A stretch of DNA of 59,400 bases, counting the filler, from Coriobacteriales bacterium (lineage in GTDB: Bacteria; Actinomycetota; Coriobacteriia; Coriobacteriales; UBA8131): the NCBI GenBank assembly GCA_031263105.1. It is 6 parts of 6 records of this genome, joined end to end, with 100 filler letters (N's around TTAATTAATTAA, not from the genome) between each part and the next. Parts side by side here need not be neighbours in the genome. Positions count along the whole stretch, not along the records: positions 30,591 to 54,301 come from JAISGJ010000234.1; 5 more parts are not named here. One strand, written 5' to 3'. This document shows, one piece after another, positions 37,820-49,571 of the stretch. The notes under the pieces were generated by a model. It saw only the letters and a list, made by a program, of their open reading frames with translations. It ran no database searches and was not told where the DNA came from. A program made the position numbers and the translations under genes. Within the stretch, counting starts at the first letter, position 1; every line of letters starts with the position of its first letter.

Positions 37820-39253
37820 TTGAGTGAGATCAAGAACACCTCGATCATCGAGCTGGAGGATGTCGACGACGACGAGATGAACCGGCTCATCGACGCGACC
37901 ATCACCGAGTTCGACGATGGAGACCTCGTCACCGGCATCGTCGTCAAGATCGAGCATGACGAGGTGCTCCTCGACATCGGCTTCAAGTCGGAGGGCGTCA
38001 TCCCGGCACGCGAGCTTTCCATCCGCAGGGACATCGACCCCTCCGAGCTCGTCAGCGTCGGGGAGAAGATCGAGGCACTCGTCCTTCAGAAGGAGGACAA
38101 GGACGGACGTCTCATCCTCTCCAAGAAGCGTGCCGAGTACGAGCGCGCATGGATCGACATCGAGGAGAAGTTCAACTCCGGCGAGAACGTCGTCGGCGAG
38201 GTCATCGAGATAGTCAAGGGCGGCCTCATCCTCGACATAGGGCTGCGCGGGTTCCTGCCGGCCTCGCTGGTGGACCTGCGCCGCGTGAAGGATCTCGAGT
38301 CCTTCATGGGCGAGCAGGTCGAGGCCCGCGTCATCGAGATGGACCGCAACCGCAACAACGTCGTCCTGTCGCGCCGCGTCGTGCTGGAGGAGGGCCGCAG
38401 GAACGAGCGTTCCGAGATTCTGGAGAAGCTCGTCAAGGGCATGCGCCTGAGGGGGACCGTCTCCTCCATCGTCGATTTCGGCGCCTTCGTTGACCTGGGC
38501 GGCATCGACGGCCTCGTGCACATCAGCGAGCTCTCCTGGAGCCATGTCAGCCATCCCTCGGAGGTCGTCAAGGTGGGGGACGAGGTCGAGGTCGAGATAC
38601 TCGAGGTCGAGCTCAACCGCGAGCGCATCTCGCTCGGGCTCAAGCAGACCACCGAGGACCCCTGGCGCCAGCAGGTCAAGAGCTTCCCGGCCGGCTCCAT
38701 CATCGAGGGCAGGGTGACCAAGCTCGTCAGCTTCGGCGCCTTCGTCGAGCTGGGCGACGGCATCGAGGGCCTCGTCCACATCTCCGAGATGGCCATGCGG
38801 CACATCGAGTCGCCCTCCCAGGTCGTCCATGTCGGCGACACGGCGCACGTGAAGGTCATGGAGATAGACCCTGAGCGCCGCCGGATATCCCTCTCCATGA
38901 AGGCCGCCGCCGAGACCCTCGGCATCGAGATCAAGGTCTCCGAGCCGGACCCGAACGCCCCCAAGCCCAAGCAGAAGGCGCGCAAGGAGAAGGCCCCGGC
39001 AGAAAAGGCGGGCGCAGGGGCGAAGGCCCCTGCGGAGAAGGCCGCCGCCCCCGCCGATGCCCCCGCAGAAGCGGACGGGACGTCCGTGCCGAGCGGCGAC
39101 GGCATGCAGGCCCCTGCCGAGCCCGGGCAGCCCTCCGTCGAACCGGAGCAGGCCCCTGCCGCAGAGGCCGTGACGGAGACAGCCGAGGCCGCTGCCGAGG
39201 AGACCCCTGCCGACGCGGCCGCTGCGGCCGACGCGGCCACAGCCGAAGAATAG
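37820..39253 (+). CDS. rpsA: 30S ribosomal protein S1 (four S1 domains, Ala/Pro/Glu-rich tail)
   Basis: LLDIGFKSEGVIP, GLRGFLPASLV, FGAFVDLGG.DGLVHISELSW. Confidence 0.98.
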   Translation: MSEIKNTSIIELEDVDDDEMNRLIDATITEFDDGDLVTGIVVKIEHDEVLLDIGFKSEGVIPARELSIRRDIDPSELVSVGEKIEALVLQKEDKDGRLILSKKRAEYERAWIDIEEKFNSGENVVGEVIEIVKGGLILDIGLRGFLPASLVDLRRVKDLESFMGEQVEARVIEMDRNRNNVVLSRRVVLEEGRRNERSEILEKLVKGMRLRGTVSSIVDFGAFVDLGGIDGLVHISELSWSHVSHPSEVVKVGDEVEVEILEVELNRERISLGLKQTTEDPWRQQVKSFPAGSIIEGRVTKLVSFGAFVELGDGIEGLVHISEMAMRHIESPSQVVHVGDTAHVKVMEIDPERRRISLSMKAAAETLGIEIKVSEPDPNAPKPKQKARKEKAPAEKAGAGAKAPAEKAAAPADAPAEADGTSVPSGDGMQAPAEPGQPSVEPEQAPAAEAVTETAEAAAEETPADAAAAADAATAEE

Positions 39254-39262
39254 CCTCTACGC

Positions 39263-39300
39263 CCCTCCCGCAGGCCCCTGTCACGGGAGCTGCGGGAGGG
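39263..39300 (+). terminator. GC-rich hairpin after rpsA
   Basis: CCCTCCCGCAG...CTGCGGGAGGG; only a weak T tail. Confidence 0.5.
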
Positions 39301-39316
39301 GCCTTTGCAAGCGGCC

Positions 39317-41119
39317 ATGACAGACCCCCGCCATATCAGGAACTTCTCCATCATCGCCCATATCGACCATGGCAAATCGACGCTCGCCGACCGGGTGCTG
39401 CAGCTCACCCATACCGTCGCCGAACGCGACATGGTGGAGCAGGTGCTCGACTCCATGGACATCGAGCGGGAGCGCGGCATCACCATCAAGTCACAGGCGG
39501 TCCGCGTCATGTACGACGCCGACGACGGGCAGACCTACCAGTTCAACCTCATCGACACACCGGGGCACGTGGACTTCACCTATGAGGTCTCACGCTCGCT
39601 CGCCGCCTGCGAGGGGGCCGTGCTCGTGGTCGATGCGACCCAGGGCGTCGAGGCCCAGACCGTCGCGAACGCCCTCATGGCCATGAACGCCCGGCTCGAG
39701 ATAATCCCCCTCATAAACAAGATAGACCTCCCTGCGGCCGACGTGGAGCGGGCGCGCCAGGAGATCGAGGAGGGCCTTGCGATACCCGCCGACGACGCGC
39801 TGACGGCCTCGGGCAAGACCGGCGAGGGCGTCAGACAGCTGCTCGAGTCCGTCGTCGCGCGCATACCCGCCCCGACAGGGGACGCGGGCGCGCCTCTCTC
39901 CGCGCTGATATTCGACTCCTACTTCGACCCCTATCGCGGCGTCATCGCCCTGATCCGCGTGATCGACGGCAGTATCGCCGCCGGCATGCGCATCCGCCTC
40001 ATGGCGACCGGCATCGTCACGCAGGTCGAGGAGGTGGGGGTGCGGCGCCCCGCGAACACGCCCGTCGAGGCCTTGGGGGCAGGGGAGGTCGGCTACCTCG
40101 TCACGGGCCTCAAGGACCCTGCGGACGTGCGGGTCGGCGACACGGTGACCCTCGCCAGCGGCGGCGCCCCGATCCCGCTTCCCGGCTACCGCGAGGTGAA
40201 GCCCATGGTCTACACGGGGCTCTTCCCCTTGGACGGCGACCAGTACCCCGACCTGCACGACGCCCTCGACAAGCTGCAGCTCAACGACCCTGCGCTCGTC
40301 TATGAGCCGGAGACGAGCCATGCCCTCGGCTTCGGCTTCCGCGTGGGCTTCCTCGGCCTGCTCCACATGGAGGTCGTCAAGGAGCGCCTTGAGCGCGAGT
40401 TCTCGCTCGACCTGCTCGCCACTGCGCCCAGCGTCGAGTACCATGTCCACCTCACGGACGGCAGGATGCTTGCCATCCATTCACCGCAGGAGATGCCCGA
40501 TGCCGCAGGCATCGACCGCATCGAGGAGCCCTGCCTTTCCGCCACGGTCATCATCCCCCCCGACTACGTCGGTGCGGTCATGGACCTGTCCGTCGCGCGT
40601 CGCGGCACCTTCTCCACCATGCAGTACCTCTCGACGACGACGGTGGAGATGAAGTGGGAGATGCCCCTGTCCGAACTCATCATGGACTATTTCGACCAGC
40701 TGAAGAGCCGCACGAAGGGCTATGCCTCGCTCGACTACGAGTTCTCCGAGTACCGCGCGGCCGACCTCGTCAGGCTCGACATCCTGCTGGCGGGCAAGCC
40801 GGTGGACGCCTTGAGCTTCATCGTCCACAGGGACAAGGCCTACGCGACCGGCAGCGTGCTGGCGCAGAAGCTCAAGGCGATAATCCCGCGCCAGCTCTTC
40901 GAGGTGCCCATCCAGGCGGCGATCGGCGGCCGTGTGCTTGCCCGCACGACGGTCAAGGCGCGACGCAAGGACGTGCTTGCCAAGTGCTACGGCGGCGACA
41001 TCACCCGCAAGCGCAAGCTGTTGGAGAAGCAGAAGGCCGGCAAGAAGCGCATGAAGAACATCGGCAACGTCGAGGTTCCCCAGGAGGCGTTCATGGCGAT
41101 TCTGAAGGTGGATGAGTAG
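39317..41119 (+). CDS. lepA: Elongation factor 4 (LepA)
   Basis: [55 protein letters not shown]. Confidence 0.99.
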   Translation: MTDPRHIRNFSIIAHIDHGKSTLADRVLQLTHTVAERDMVEQVLDSMDIERERGITIKSQAVRVMYDADDGQTYQFNLIDTPGHVDFTYEVSRSLAACEGAVLVVDATQGVEAQTVANALMAMNARLEIIPLINKIDLPAADVERARQEIEEGLAIPADDALTASGKTGEGVRQLLESVVARIPAPTGDAGAPLSALIFDSYFDPYRGVIALIRVIDGSIAAGMRIRLMATGIVTQVEEVGVRRPANTPVEALGAGEVGYLVTGLKDPADVRVGDTVTLASGGAPIPLPGYREVKPMVYTGLFPLDGDQYPDLHDALDKLQLNDPALVYEPETSHALGFGFRVGFLGLLHMEVVKERLEREFSLDLLATAPSVEYHVHLTDGRMLAIHSPQEMPDAAGIDRIEEPCLSATVIIPPDYVGAVMDLSVARRGTFSTMQYLSTTTVEMKWEMPLSELIMDYFDQLKSRTKGYASLDYEFSEYRAADLVRLDILLAGKPVDALSFIVHRDKAYATGSVLAQKLKAIIPRQLFEVPIQAAIGGRVLARTTVKARRKDVLAKCYGGDITRKRKLLEKQKAGKKRMKNIGNVEVPQEAFMAILKVDE

Positions 41120-41131
41120 CGCCTTCGGCGG

Positions 41132-41175
41132 CAAAGGGGGAAGGGGAAGGGTGTTCCCTTCCCCTTCCCCCTTTG
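41132..41175. repeat. Polypurine/polypyrimidine hairpin after lepA (terminator or REP-like)
   Basis: CAAAGGGGGAAGGGGAAGGG-TGTT-CCCTTCCCCTTCCCCCTTTG perfect inverted repeat. Confidence 0.75.
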
Positions 41176-41324
41176 GAACCCCTATCTCCTTCCCCGGGCC
41201 TTGGGCCTGCACGCTGCGCGGCAGGCCGGGTTTGGGGCATTGTCGTGGGCAGATGGGGCCGCGCGTTGCGCGGCGGGGCGGACTTGGGATGTTGTTGTGG
41301 ACAGAGCGGACTTGAGGTGTTGTT

Positions 41325-42269
41325 ATGGGTGAGATATCGGAGTTGTTGGGGAGGGGGAGGTTGTTGGCGCCGATGGCGGGGGTGGGGGATCCGGTGTTCA
41401 GGGGGATATGTGCGTCTTTTGGGGCCGATCTGACGTATACGGAGATGGTTTCGGCTAAGGGGCTTGCGTATGGGAGTGGGAGGACGGAGGGGTTGCTTGC
41501 GTCGGGGGAAGGGGAACGAAGGGTGGCGGTGCAGCTGTTCGGGAGGGAGCCGGAGGTCCTTGCGGAGCAGGCGAGGAGGCTTGAGTCGAGGCATCGGGGG
41601 CGGATCGGGCTCATCGACGTCAATATGGGGTGCCCGGCGCGCAAGGTGGCGGGGAAGGGGGAGGGGGCGGCGCTCATGAGGGAGCCTGCGCTGGCGGGGC
41701 GCATCCTCCGGGCGGTCGTGGAGAGCGTCTCGCTGCCGGTGACGGTCAAGTTCCGCAAGGGGTACGAGCTGGGGGAGGACAGTGCCGTCGAGTTCGCGAG
41801 GATGGCCGAGTCCTGCGGGGTCGCGGCCGTGACGGTGCATGGGCGCACGGCGCGACAGCTCTACCATGGGCAGAGCGACCGGGAGGTCGTTTCGCGCGTC
41901 GTGCAGGCCGTCGCGGTTCCCGTGATAGCCAGCGGCGACGTCTTCACGTGCGAGGACATCCGCGAGTACCGGGAGCGTCACGGCGCCCGTGCCGTCATGG
42001 TGGCGCGGGGGGCGCGGGGCAACCCTTGGATATTCTCCGACGCCTTCTCCGACGCAGGCCCCACGACCGAGGAGCGCGTGCGCGTCGCCCACGAGCACAC
42101 CGTGGGCCTCGCGCGCCTCGCGCCGCACCGCCTCGCCGGCATGCGCCGCCACATCGCCTGGTACTTCAAGGGCACGCCTCACGCAGGCGCCATCAGGCGC
42201 GCCGTCTGCGACTGTGCCTGCCTGCAGGACTACGAGGCGCTCCTCGAACAGATACTCGCGTGGCGGTGA
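41325..42269 (+). CDS. dusB: tRNA-dihydrouridine synthase (DusB-like)
   Basis: LAPMAG, YTEMVS, QLFG, IDVNMGCP, TVKFRKG, VHGRT, ARGA.GNPWIF. Confidence 0.93.
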   Translation: MGEISELLGRGRLLAPMAGVGDPVFRGICASFGADLTYTEMVSAKGLAYGSGRTEGLLASGEGERRVAVQLFGREPEVLAEQARRLESRHRGRIGLIDVNMGCPARKVAGKGEGAALMREPALAGRILRAVVESVSLPVTVKFRKGYELGEDSAVEFARMAESCGVAAVTVHGRTARQLYHGQSDREVVSRVVQAVAVPVIASGDVFTCEDIREYRERHGARAVMVARGARGNPWIFSDAFSDAGPTTEERVRVAHEHTVGLARLAPHRLAGMRRHIAWYFKGTPHAGAIRRAVCDCACLQDYEALLEQILAWR

Positions 42270-43475
42270 GTGATGGAGCGTCTCCCCTATGGTGCCCTGT
42301 ACCTGCACGTCCCCTTCTGTGCGCAGCGCTGCGGCTACTGCGCCTTCGCGACCGAGGCCGCACGTCCCGACGACCCGCGCCTCGATGCCTATGTCGAGGG
42401 GCTTGTCCACGACATCCGCGCGGCCGCGCACGAAAGGCTGCTCGGCCGCGTCGAGACCCTCTACATCGGTGGCGGCACCCCGAGCTTCCTCGGCCCGCGT
42501 CGGCTCGTCAGCCTCGTCTATGCCCTGTCGCTCAGTGTGCCGCTCGGCCCCGACACGGAGTTCACGCTCGAGGCGAACCCCGAGTCCCTCGCCCCGACGC
42601 TCGTGCGCGACCTGTACGCGCTGGGAGTGAACCGCTTCTCCTTGGGCGCACAGAGCCTCGTCGACGAGGAGCTGCGCGCGCTCGGCCGCAGGCACACGGC
42701 CGCCGACACCCGTCGCGCACTGGCCGCCGCCCTCGAACGCACGGGCAACGTCTCCCTCGACCTGATGTGCGGGATACCCTTGCAGGACAGAGGGAGCTGG
42801 AAGGCGAGCCTCGACGAGGCCTGCGCCAGCGGCGTCCCCCATGTGAGCGTCTATCCCCTCAGCATAGAGGACGGCACGCCCTTCGCCCGTGCTGTGGCGG
42901 CAGGCAGGCAGGAGGGCCCCGACGAGGACGGGCAGGCGCAGATGATGCTCGACGCGAACGAGCTGCTCGAGGCCGCAGGGCTTGCCCGGTACGAGGTCGC
43001 GTCCTTCGCGCGGCCGGGCCTCGAATGCCGCCATAACATCGCCTATTGGACGGGCGTGCCCTACCTGGGGCTCGGCAGGGGGGCGGCGGGCATGCGCGAG
43101 GATCCGCGCACAGGCGAGAGGCAGCGCCTCCTCGACGGCAGGGTCGTCGAGCGCCTCGACCCTGCGCAGGCGGCGCTCGAGGACGTCATGCTCGGCATGA
43201 GGATGTGCCGGGGCGTCCCCGCAGGGCTCCTCCAGAGGGCCGTCGGCCACAACCCCCGGCTTGCCGCAGCCTTCGCCGAGATGGAGGGCCTCGGCCTCGT
43301 CGAGTCCGACGGCCGCCGCTACCGTCCCACGTCGCGCGGCTGGCTGCTCGGCAACGAGGTCTACCGCAGGATATGGGACGCGGCAGAGGACGGCGCGGTG
43401 CGCGGCCCGGCGCAGCAGGTGCCGGAAGGCGCGCCGGTGCGCGCCCCGGCGCGGCGGACGGCGGGCGACCCATGA
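42270..43475 (+). CDS. hemW: Radical SAM heme chaperone HemW (HemN-like)
   Basis: YLHVPFC...CGYC.F, YIGGGTPS, EANP; lepA-hemW-hrcA context. Confidence 0.9.
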   Translation: MMERLPYGALYLHVPFCAQRCGYCAFATEAARPDDPRLDAYVEGLVHDIRAAAHERLLGRVETLYIGGGTPSFLGPRRLVSLVYALSLSVPLGPDTEFTLEANPESLAPTLVRDLYALGVNRFSLGAQSLVDEELRALGRRHTAADTRRALAAALERTGNVSLDLMCGIPLQDRGSWKASLDEACASGVPHVSVYPLSIEDGTPFARAVAAGRQEGPDEDGQAQMMLDANELLEAAGLARYEVASFARPGLECRHNIAYWTGVPYLGLGRGAAGMREDPRTGERQRLLDGRVVERLDPAQAALEDVMLGMRMCRGVPAGLLQRAVGHNPRLAAAFAEMEGLGLVESDGRRYRPTSRGWLLGNEVYRRIWDAAEDGAVRGPAQQVPEGAPVRAPARRTAGDP

Positions 43476-43590
43476 CAGTTTTCTTACGATTGGGCGGGAA
43501 CGTGCCGCGAAAGCCGTGCTCCTGCTACCATTGAGGCTTCCAAAAATGCAAGGAGGGACCCGGGGCATCAACGAGGAGAAAGGTCGCAAG

Positions 43591-44343
43591 GTGCTGACAA
43601 GGCGACGTCAGAAGGTGCTCATGGCACTGGTGGACGAGTATGTGGAGAGCGCTTCCCCCGTCGGTTCGGGACGCATCGCCCAACAGTACCTGACAGAGGT
43701 CTCCCCCGCGACCATCCGCAACGAGCTCATGGGCCTGGAGACCGAGGGCTACGTGCGCTCCCCCCACACCTCGGCCGGGCGCATACCGACGAACACCGGG
43801 TACAGGGTCTTCGTGAACGCGCTCCTTTTGCGGGAACGCCTTGCACCTGAGCAGGATCCCGCCGTCGCACAGGGCGCGACGCTCGGCGAGCTCGGCTCCC
43901 GCGCCCTGGACGCCGAGCAGGCCGCAGACAGGGCGCTTGCCTTCCTCAGCGGCGCGACGGGGCTGCTCTCCGTCCTGTGGTCCGTCAGGTCCCAGGCCAC
44001 CGTCCGCCATCGGGGGCTCCCCCAGCTGCTTGCGCAGCCGGAGTTCCATGACGCCACGGCGCTCGTGCCCCTGATGCAGCTCATCGAGGACGAGGCGGCA
44101 CTCGCCCGCCTGTTCGTGTCGGCGCTCGGGGCAAACGGCTTCTTGGTGAAGGTCGGGATGGACGGCAGGGACGGGCGCCTCTCGTCGTACTCCATGGTCG
44201 CCGAGGTCCATGGCGAGGAACAGCCCCAAAGGGCGTTGGCGGTCTTCGGGCCGACGAGGATGGACTACCGCAGGGCGATCCCTGCGGTGCTTCTGGCCTC
44301 GCGTCTGCTCGACGGCGCACATGCACGCATCCCGGGCCGCTAG
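43591..44343 (+). CDS. hrcA: Heat-inducible transcription repressor (short form)
   Basis: LT.R..KVL.ALV.EY..SASPVGS, SPATIRNE, PHTSAGRIPT..GYR, GPTRMDY; GTG start 43591. Confidence 0.93.
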   Translation: MLTRRRQKVLMALVDEYVESASPVGSGRIAQQYLTEVSPATIRNELMGLETEGYVRSPHTSAGRIPTNTGYRVFVNALLLRERLAPEQDPAVAQGATLGELGSRALDAEQAADRALAFLSGATGLLSVLWSVRSQATVRHRGLPQLLAQPEFHDATALVPLMQLIEDEAALARLFVSALGANGFLVKVGMDGRDGRLSSYSMVAEVHGEEQPQRALAVFGPTRMDYRRAIPAVLLASRLLDGAHARIPGR

Positions 44344-44417
44344 GGAGACGACGAGCAATGGCTGTGCGCCGAACCTCGGACCCTGTGCGCCGAACGTCTC
44401 CCTGAGAAAGGACATCT

Positions 44418-45545
44418 GTGACGGTTGATTACTACAAGGTCCTCGACGTGTCGAAGGACGCAAGCGAGGCCGAGGTCAAAAAGGCGTTCTATCGGAAGGC
44501 GCGCGAGCTGCACCCCGACGTGAACAAGGCCCCCGACGCCGAGGAGCGCTTCAAGGAGCTGAACGAGGCCTACGACGTGCTCTCCGACGGCACGAAGCGC
44601 TCGCAGTACGACCGCTTCGGCAAGGTGAGCGGCGCAGGCGGCGCAGGCGGCTACCAGTACGTGGACTTCGAGGACCTCTTCGGCAGCGGTTTCGGCATGG
44701 GCGACATCTTCAGCCAGTTCTTCGGCGGTGCCGCCTATGGGCGCGCGAACATCCGGCAGGAGGGCCGGGACATGGGCATCGGCCTCAAGCTCACCCTCGA
44801 GGAGGTCGCGTCGGGCGTCAAGAAGGAGATCGTCTACGACCGCCTCGCACCGTGTGCGACCTGCAGCGGAAGCGGGGTCGGCCCCGGAGGCCAGACCGTC
44901 GACTGCGCAAGCTGCCACGGCACGGGGCGCGTCGTCTCCATCCAGCGGACCTTCCTCGGCGACATGCAGACACAGGCGCTCTGCCCGGACTGCGGCGGCA
45001 CGGGCAAGACCATCGACGTCCCCTGCCCGGACTGCGAGGGGCAGGGGAGGCTCCCCGACCGCGAGCATGTGACCATCGACGTCCCCCATGGCATCCGCGA
45101 CGGCCAGCAGCTGCGCCTCTCGGGCTACGGCGAGGCCGGCCTGCACGGGGCCGCCGCAGGCAACCTCATCGTCACGGTCCGCATCGAGCCCCACAAGGCC
45201 TTCAAACGCGACGGCGACCACCTCCATATCAACAGCCGCATCTCGGTCACGCAGGCGGCCCTCGGCGCCCATGTCGAGGCCTGTGGCATCCTCAAAGGGG
45301 AGAAGATCCTGCTGGAGGTGCCGGAAGGCTGCCAGAACGGGCAGATCGTCCGCGTGCGGGGCAAGGGCCTGCCGCGCTTCCGTAAGGAGACGCGCGGGGA
45401 CCTCTACGCCCATATCGAGGTCGTCGTCCCGCGCAACCTCACGAAGCGTCAGAAGGAGATCCTCGAGGAGTTCGCCCTCGAGCTTGGGGAGGAGATCGGT
45501 GGCAAACGCTCGACCATGCAGAAGATCAAAGACGCCCTCTCCTGA
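44418..45545 (+). CDS. dnaJ: Chaperone DnaJ
   Basis: J domain with HPD, G/F region, four CxxCxGxG repeats. Confidence 0.98.
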   Translation: MTVDYYKVLDVSKDASEAEVKKAFYRKARELHPDVNKAPDAEERFKELNEAYDVLSDGTKRSQYDRFGKVSGAGGAGGYQYVDFEDLFGSGFGMGDIFSQFFGGAAYGRANIRQEGRDMGIGLKLTLEEVASGVKKEIVYDRLAPCATCSGSGVGPGGQTVDCASCHGTGRVVSIQRTFLGDMQTQALCPDCGGTGKTIDVPCPDCEGQGRLPDREHVTIDVPHGIRDGQQLRLSGYGEAGLHGAAAGNLIVTVRIEPHKAFKRDGDHLHINSRISVTQAALGAHVEACGILKGEKILLEVPEGCQNGQIVRVRGKGLPRFRKETRGDLYAHIEVVVPRNLTKRQKEILEEFALELGEEIGGKRSTMQKIKDALS

Positions 45546-45598
45546 CGCCATGGGGCACGCAGGGGGCAAGGGGACGCCTGCGGGACGGGCGGGATAGG

Positions 45599-46429
45599 GT
45601 GGCCCTTCCGCACTTCTTTGCCGCCGGCCCCTTCGAAGGGGCGCCCGGCGAGACGGCACGCCCCCTTCTTGAAGAGGCGGCCCTACGGCATATGCGCACG
45701 TTGCGCCTTCGCCCGGGAGAGCATGTGGTGATAGGGGACAGGCCGGGGCACGGCTGGGAGATGGAGCTCCTGAGCGTCCCGGGGCATCGCCGCGACGCCC
45801 TCGAAGGGACGCTCGTCGGCGAGCATGCCGACGCTCCGGAGACAGGGCTCACCCTGGTGCAGGGCATCTCCGCCGCAGAGCGCATGGACCAGACGCTGCG
45901 CCAGACGACCGAGCTCGGGGTGTCGCGCGTCATCCCCTTGGAGTCCGAGCGCTCGAACGTGCGCCTCGATGCCGCAGCCCGCCGCGCGAAGCAGCGCCGC
46001 TGGCAGCGGATAGCGCAAAGCGCCGCCGAGCAGTCGGGCCGGCTGCGCATGCCGGAGATAGGGCATCCGGTCGGCCTTGGCGACGCGCTCGCGCTGCTGG
46101 AGGGCCACGACGCCCTCTTCCTGTTCTGGGAGGAGCCGGGCGGCACGACGTTCGGGGAGGCCTGGGAGCGCGCTGCCGCGGCCCACCGGGAGGCCTCCTT
46201 GCACGGCACGTCGCAGGGAGGCGGCCCCGGTTCCCTGGGCGCCCCCGTTCCCCGTACCGCCCTGTTCGTAGGGCCGGAGGGCGGCTTCAGCGCCTCCGAG
46301 GCACGGCGCATGCAAGGGGCGGGCGCATACACCGTCAGCCTCGGCAGCAACATACTCAGGACCGAGACCGCCGCCGTGGTCGCCTGCACCTTGGCCCTTT
46401 CCCGTCTGGGGGCGCTCGGTGGGCGCTGA
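45599..46429 (+). CDS. rsmE: 16S rRNA m3U1498 methyltransferase
   Basis: TELGV..VIP, AAEQSGR, VGPEGGFS, LG.NILRTETA. Confidence 0.95.
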   Translation: MALPHFFAAGPFEGAPGETARPLLEEAALRHMRTLRLRPGEHVVIGDRPGHGWEMELLSVPGHRRDALEGTLVGEHADAPETGLTLVQGISAAERMDQTLRQTTELGVSRVIPLESERSNVRLDAAARRAKQRRWQRIAQSAAEQSGRLRMPEIGHPVGLGDALALLEGHDALFLFWEEPGGTTFGEAWERAAAAHREASLHGTSQGGGPGSLGAPVPRTALFVGPEGGFSASEARRMQGAGAYTVSLGSNILRTETAAVVACTLALSRLGALGGR

Positions 46430-47705
46430 GTTCTTCGTCTGCAACCTCGGCTGCAAGGTCAACCGCGCCGAGTCTGACGCCCTCGTCCGCACGCTCGTGG
46501 CGGCGGGTGCGGCGGCGGCGGGCCGCGACGAGGCAAAGGTCGTCGTCGTGAACACCTGTACCGTCACCGGAGAGGCGGAGGCAAAGGCGCGCAAGGCCAT
46601 CCGCCAGGCGCTGGCCGGCGCGTGCGACCCCTGGGTCGTCGCCACCGGCTGCGCGGTGGCGGTGGCGCCCGAGGCCTATGCCGCGCTGGGCGCCCGTGTC
46701 GTCGTCGTGCCGGAGAAGGACGCCGCCGCCGCCCGTGCCCTCGAGCTGCTCGGCTGCCCGCAGGCAGGCTGCAACGACGCATGCGCGCCCCCGGCGGACG
46801 GGCCTCTTAAGGCGCAGGGCCTCAAAGGGTGCGGGACGCTCGGCACGCGGCGCATCCTCAAGATACAGGACGGCTGCGACAACCGGTGCAGCTACTGCAT
46901 CGTGCACGTCGCGCGCGGGCCTGCCTGCTCCGTGCCTGCGTCCCGCATAGCCGTGCAGCTGCGGGCGGCCGAGGAGGAGGGGGTGCGCGAGGCCGTCCTG
47001 GCCGGCATCGACATCGGCAGCTACCTCAGCGAGGGGAAGGACCTGTGCGCGCTCGTGGAGGGGCTCCTCGCCGCCACCTCGAAGCTGCGCCTGCGCCTCT
47101 CGTCCCTTGAGGTGCAGCATGCCTCCGACAGGCTGCTCGGGCTCATGGCCGCCTCGGACGGCCGGCTCTGCGCCCATCTCCACCTCCCGCTGCAAAGCGG
47201 CTGCGACCGAACGCTGGCGCTGATGCGGCGCCGCTACGACACGGCCCTCTTCGCCGAACGCGCGGCCCGTGCCCGTGCCCTCATGCCCCGTCTCGCCCTC
47301 ACGACCGACGTCATCGTCGGCTTCCCCGCGGAGCGCGACGAGGACTTCCGCGAGAGCAGGGCGTTCTGCGAGCATATGTCCTTCTCCCGCATCCATGTGT
47401 TCCGTTACTCCCTGCGCCCCGGCACACCGGCTGCGGCACTGGGCCCTGCCGTCCCTCCCGAGGAGAAGGCAGAACGTGCACAGGCCCTGCGCACGATGGC
47501 CGCAGCCATGCGGCGCGCGGACCTCGTCGGGCGCCTTGGCGACGTCGAACGCGTCCTCGTCGAGCGCAGCGGGCAGGGCACCAGCGAGAGCTACCTGCGC
47601 GTCGGCCTGCCCGCAGGCCCGCTGCCCGGCGCGCTTGTCGCCGTGCGTTTCAGCGCCTGCCGTGATACCCTTATGTACGGCACGCCCCTGCAACAGGAGG
47701 ACTAG
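46419..47705 (+). CDS. mtaB: MiaB/MtaB-family tRNA methylthiotransferase (MtaB-like by context)
   Basis: LGCKVN.AES, VNTCTVT, KIQDGCDNRCSYCIV, HLPLQSG, YSLRPGT. Confidence 0.85.
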   Translation: MGAEFFVCNLGCKVNRAESDALVRTLVAAGAAAAGRDEAKVVVVNTCTVTGEAEAKARKAIRQALAGACDPWVVATGCAVAVAPEAYAALGARVVVVPEKDAAAARALELLGCPQAGCNDACAPPADGPLKAQGLKGCGTLGTRRILKIQDGCDNRCSYCIVHVARGPACSVPASRIAVQLRAAEEEGVREAVLAGIDIGSYLSEGKDLCALVEGLLAATSKLRLRLSSLEVQHASDRLLGLMAASDGRLCAHLHLPLQSGCDRTLALMRRRYDTALFAERAARARALMPRLALTTDVIVGFPAERDEDFRESRAFCEHMSFSRIHVFRYSLRPGTPAAALGPAVPPEEKAERAQALRTMAAAMRRADLVGRLGDVERVLVERSGQGTSESYLRVGLPAGPLPGALVAVRFSACRDTLMYGTPLQQED

Positions 47706-47708
47706 GAA

Positions 47709-48676
<968 letters not shown>

Positions 48677-48677
<1 letters not shown>

Positions 48678-49195
48678 TGGAGGATCTGACGACGGGCTGT
48701 GCGGTCGACCTCGTCATAGACAACCGCAGCGGCCACGAGCTGCCCCTTGCACGGCTCGAGGGGCTTGCGGCCTTCGTGTGCGGCCGCGAGGCGGCAGGGC
48801 GCAGGGAGGCGGCTTCCGAGGTGGAGATCTCCCTCTCCTTCGTGGACGAGGAGGAGAGCGCCCGCCTCAACGCCGCCTGGCGCGGCAAGGACGGGCCGAC
48901 CGACGTGCTCTCCTTCGAGCTCGACGGCCTGTGCGGGGAGCTGGACGCCGCGTTCGGCCCGGGCGCGGCGGCGGCCTCCGGGCGCGTGCTCCTCGGCGAC
49001 ATCGTGATCCAGCCGGACATCGCGCGCCGCCGCGCCGCCGCAGAGGGGATCGGCTTCGAGCAGGAGCTGTGGGTGCTCCTCGTCCACGGCATCCTGCACC
49101 TTGTCGGCTACGACCACCTGACGGACGCGGACGCCGAGCGGATGGAGGCACGTGAGGACGAGCACCTGCTCGAATGGGGACGGCGCGATGGGTGA
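48677..49195 (+). CDS. ybeY: rRNA maturation endoribonuclease YbeY
   Basis: PTDVLSF, LGDIVI, HGILHLVGYDH. Confidence 0.96.
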
Positions 49196-49559
49196 GCGGC
49201 CACAGGGCCTGGGAGCGTCCCTGCGCTGCGCCTTCGAGGGCGTGGCCTATGCCGTTCGCACCCAACGCAACATGAGGATCCATCTTGCCGTTGCCGTGTC
49301 GGTGCTCGTCGTGGGCGCCCTCGTCAGGCTGAACGCCGTCGAATGGGCGCTCGTCGCCCTCTGCATCGGGCTCGTCATCGCCGGCGAGCTCGTCAACACC
49401 GCCTTGGAGGCGCTCGTGGACCTCGCCTCGCCCGAGGCCCACCCCAAAGCGAAGGCGGCCAAGGACGCAGCAGCCGCAGCCGTGCTCGTCCTCTCGTTCG
49501 TCTCGGTCGTCGTCGGCGTCCTCGTTTTGGCCAACGCGCTCGGCCGCCTGACGGCATAG
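49188..49559 (+). CDS. dgkA: Diacylglycerol/undecaprenol kinase
   Basis: QRNMRIH, ELVNTALEALVD, AKDAAAAAV; three hydrophobic helices. Confidence 0.92.
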   Translation: MGERPQGLGASLRCAFEGVAYAVRTQRNMRIHLAVAVSVLVVGALVRLNAVEWALVALCIGLVIAGELVNTALEALVDLASPEAHPKAKAAKDAAAAAVLVLSFVSVVVGVLVLANALGRLTA

Positions 49560-49571
49560 GGGAGGCGCGCC

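Noticed and set aside
43476..43590. CIRCE or HAIR operator upstream of hrcA
   Set aside because: No TTAGCACTC-N9-GAGTGCTAA or CTTGAGT-N7-ACTCAAG match visible.
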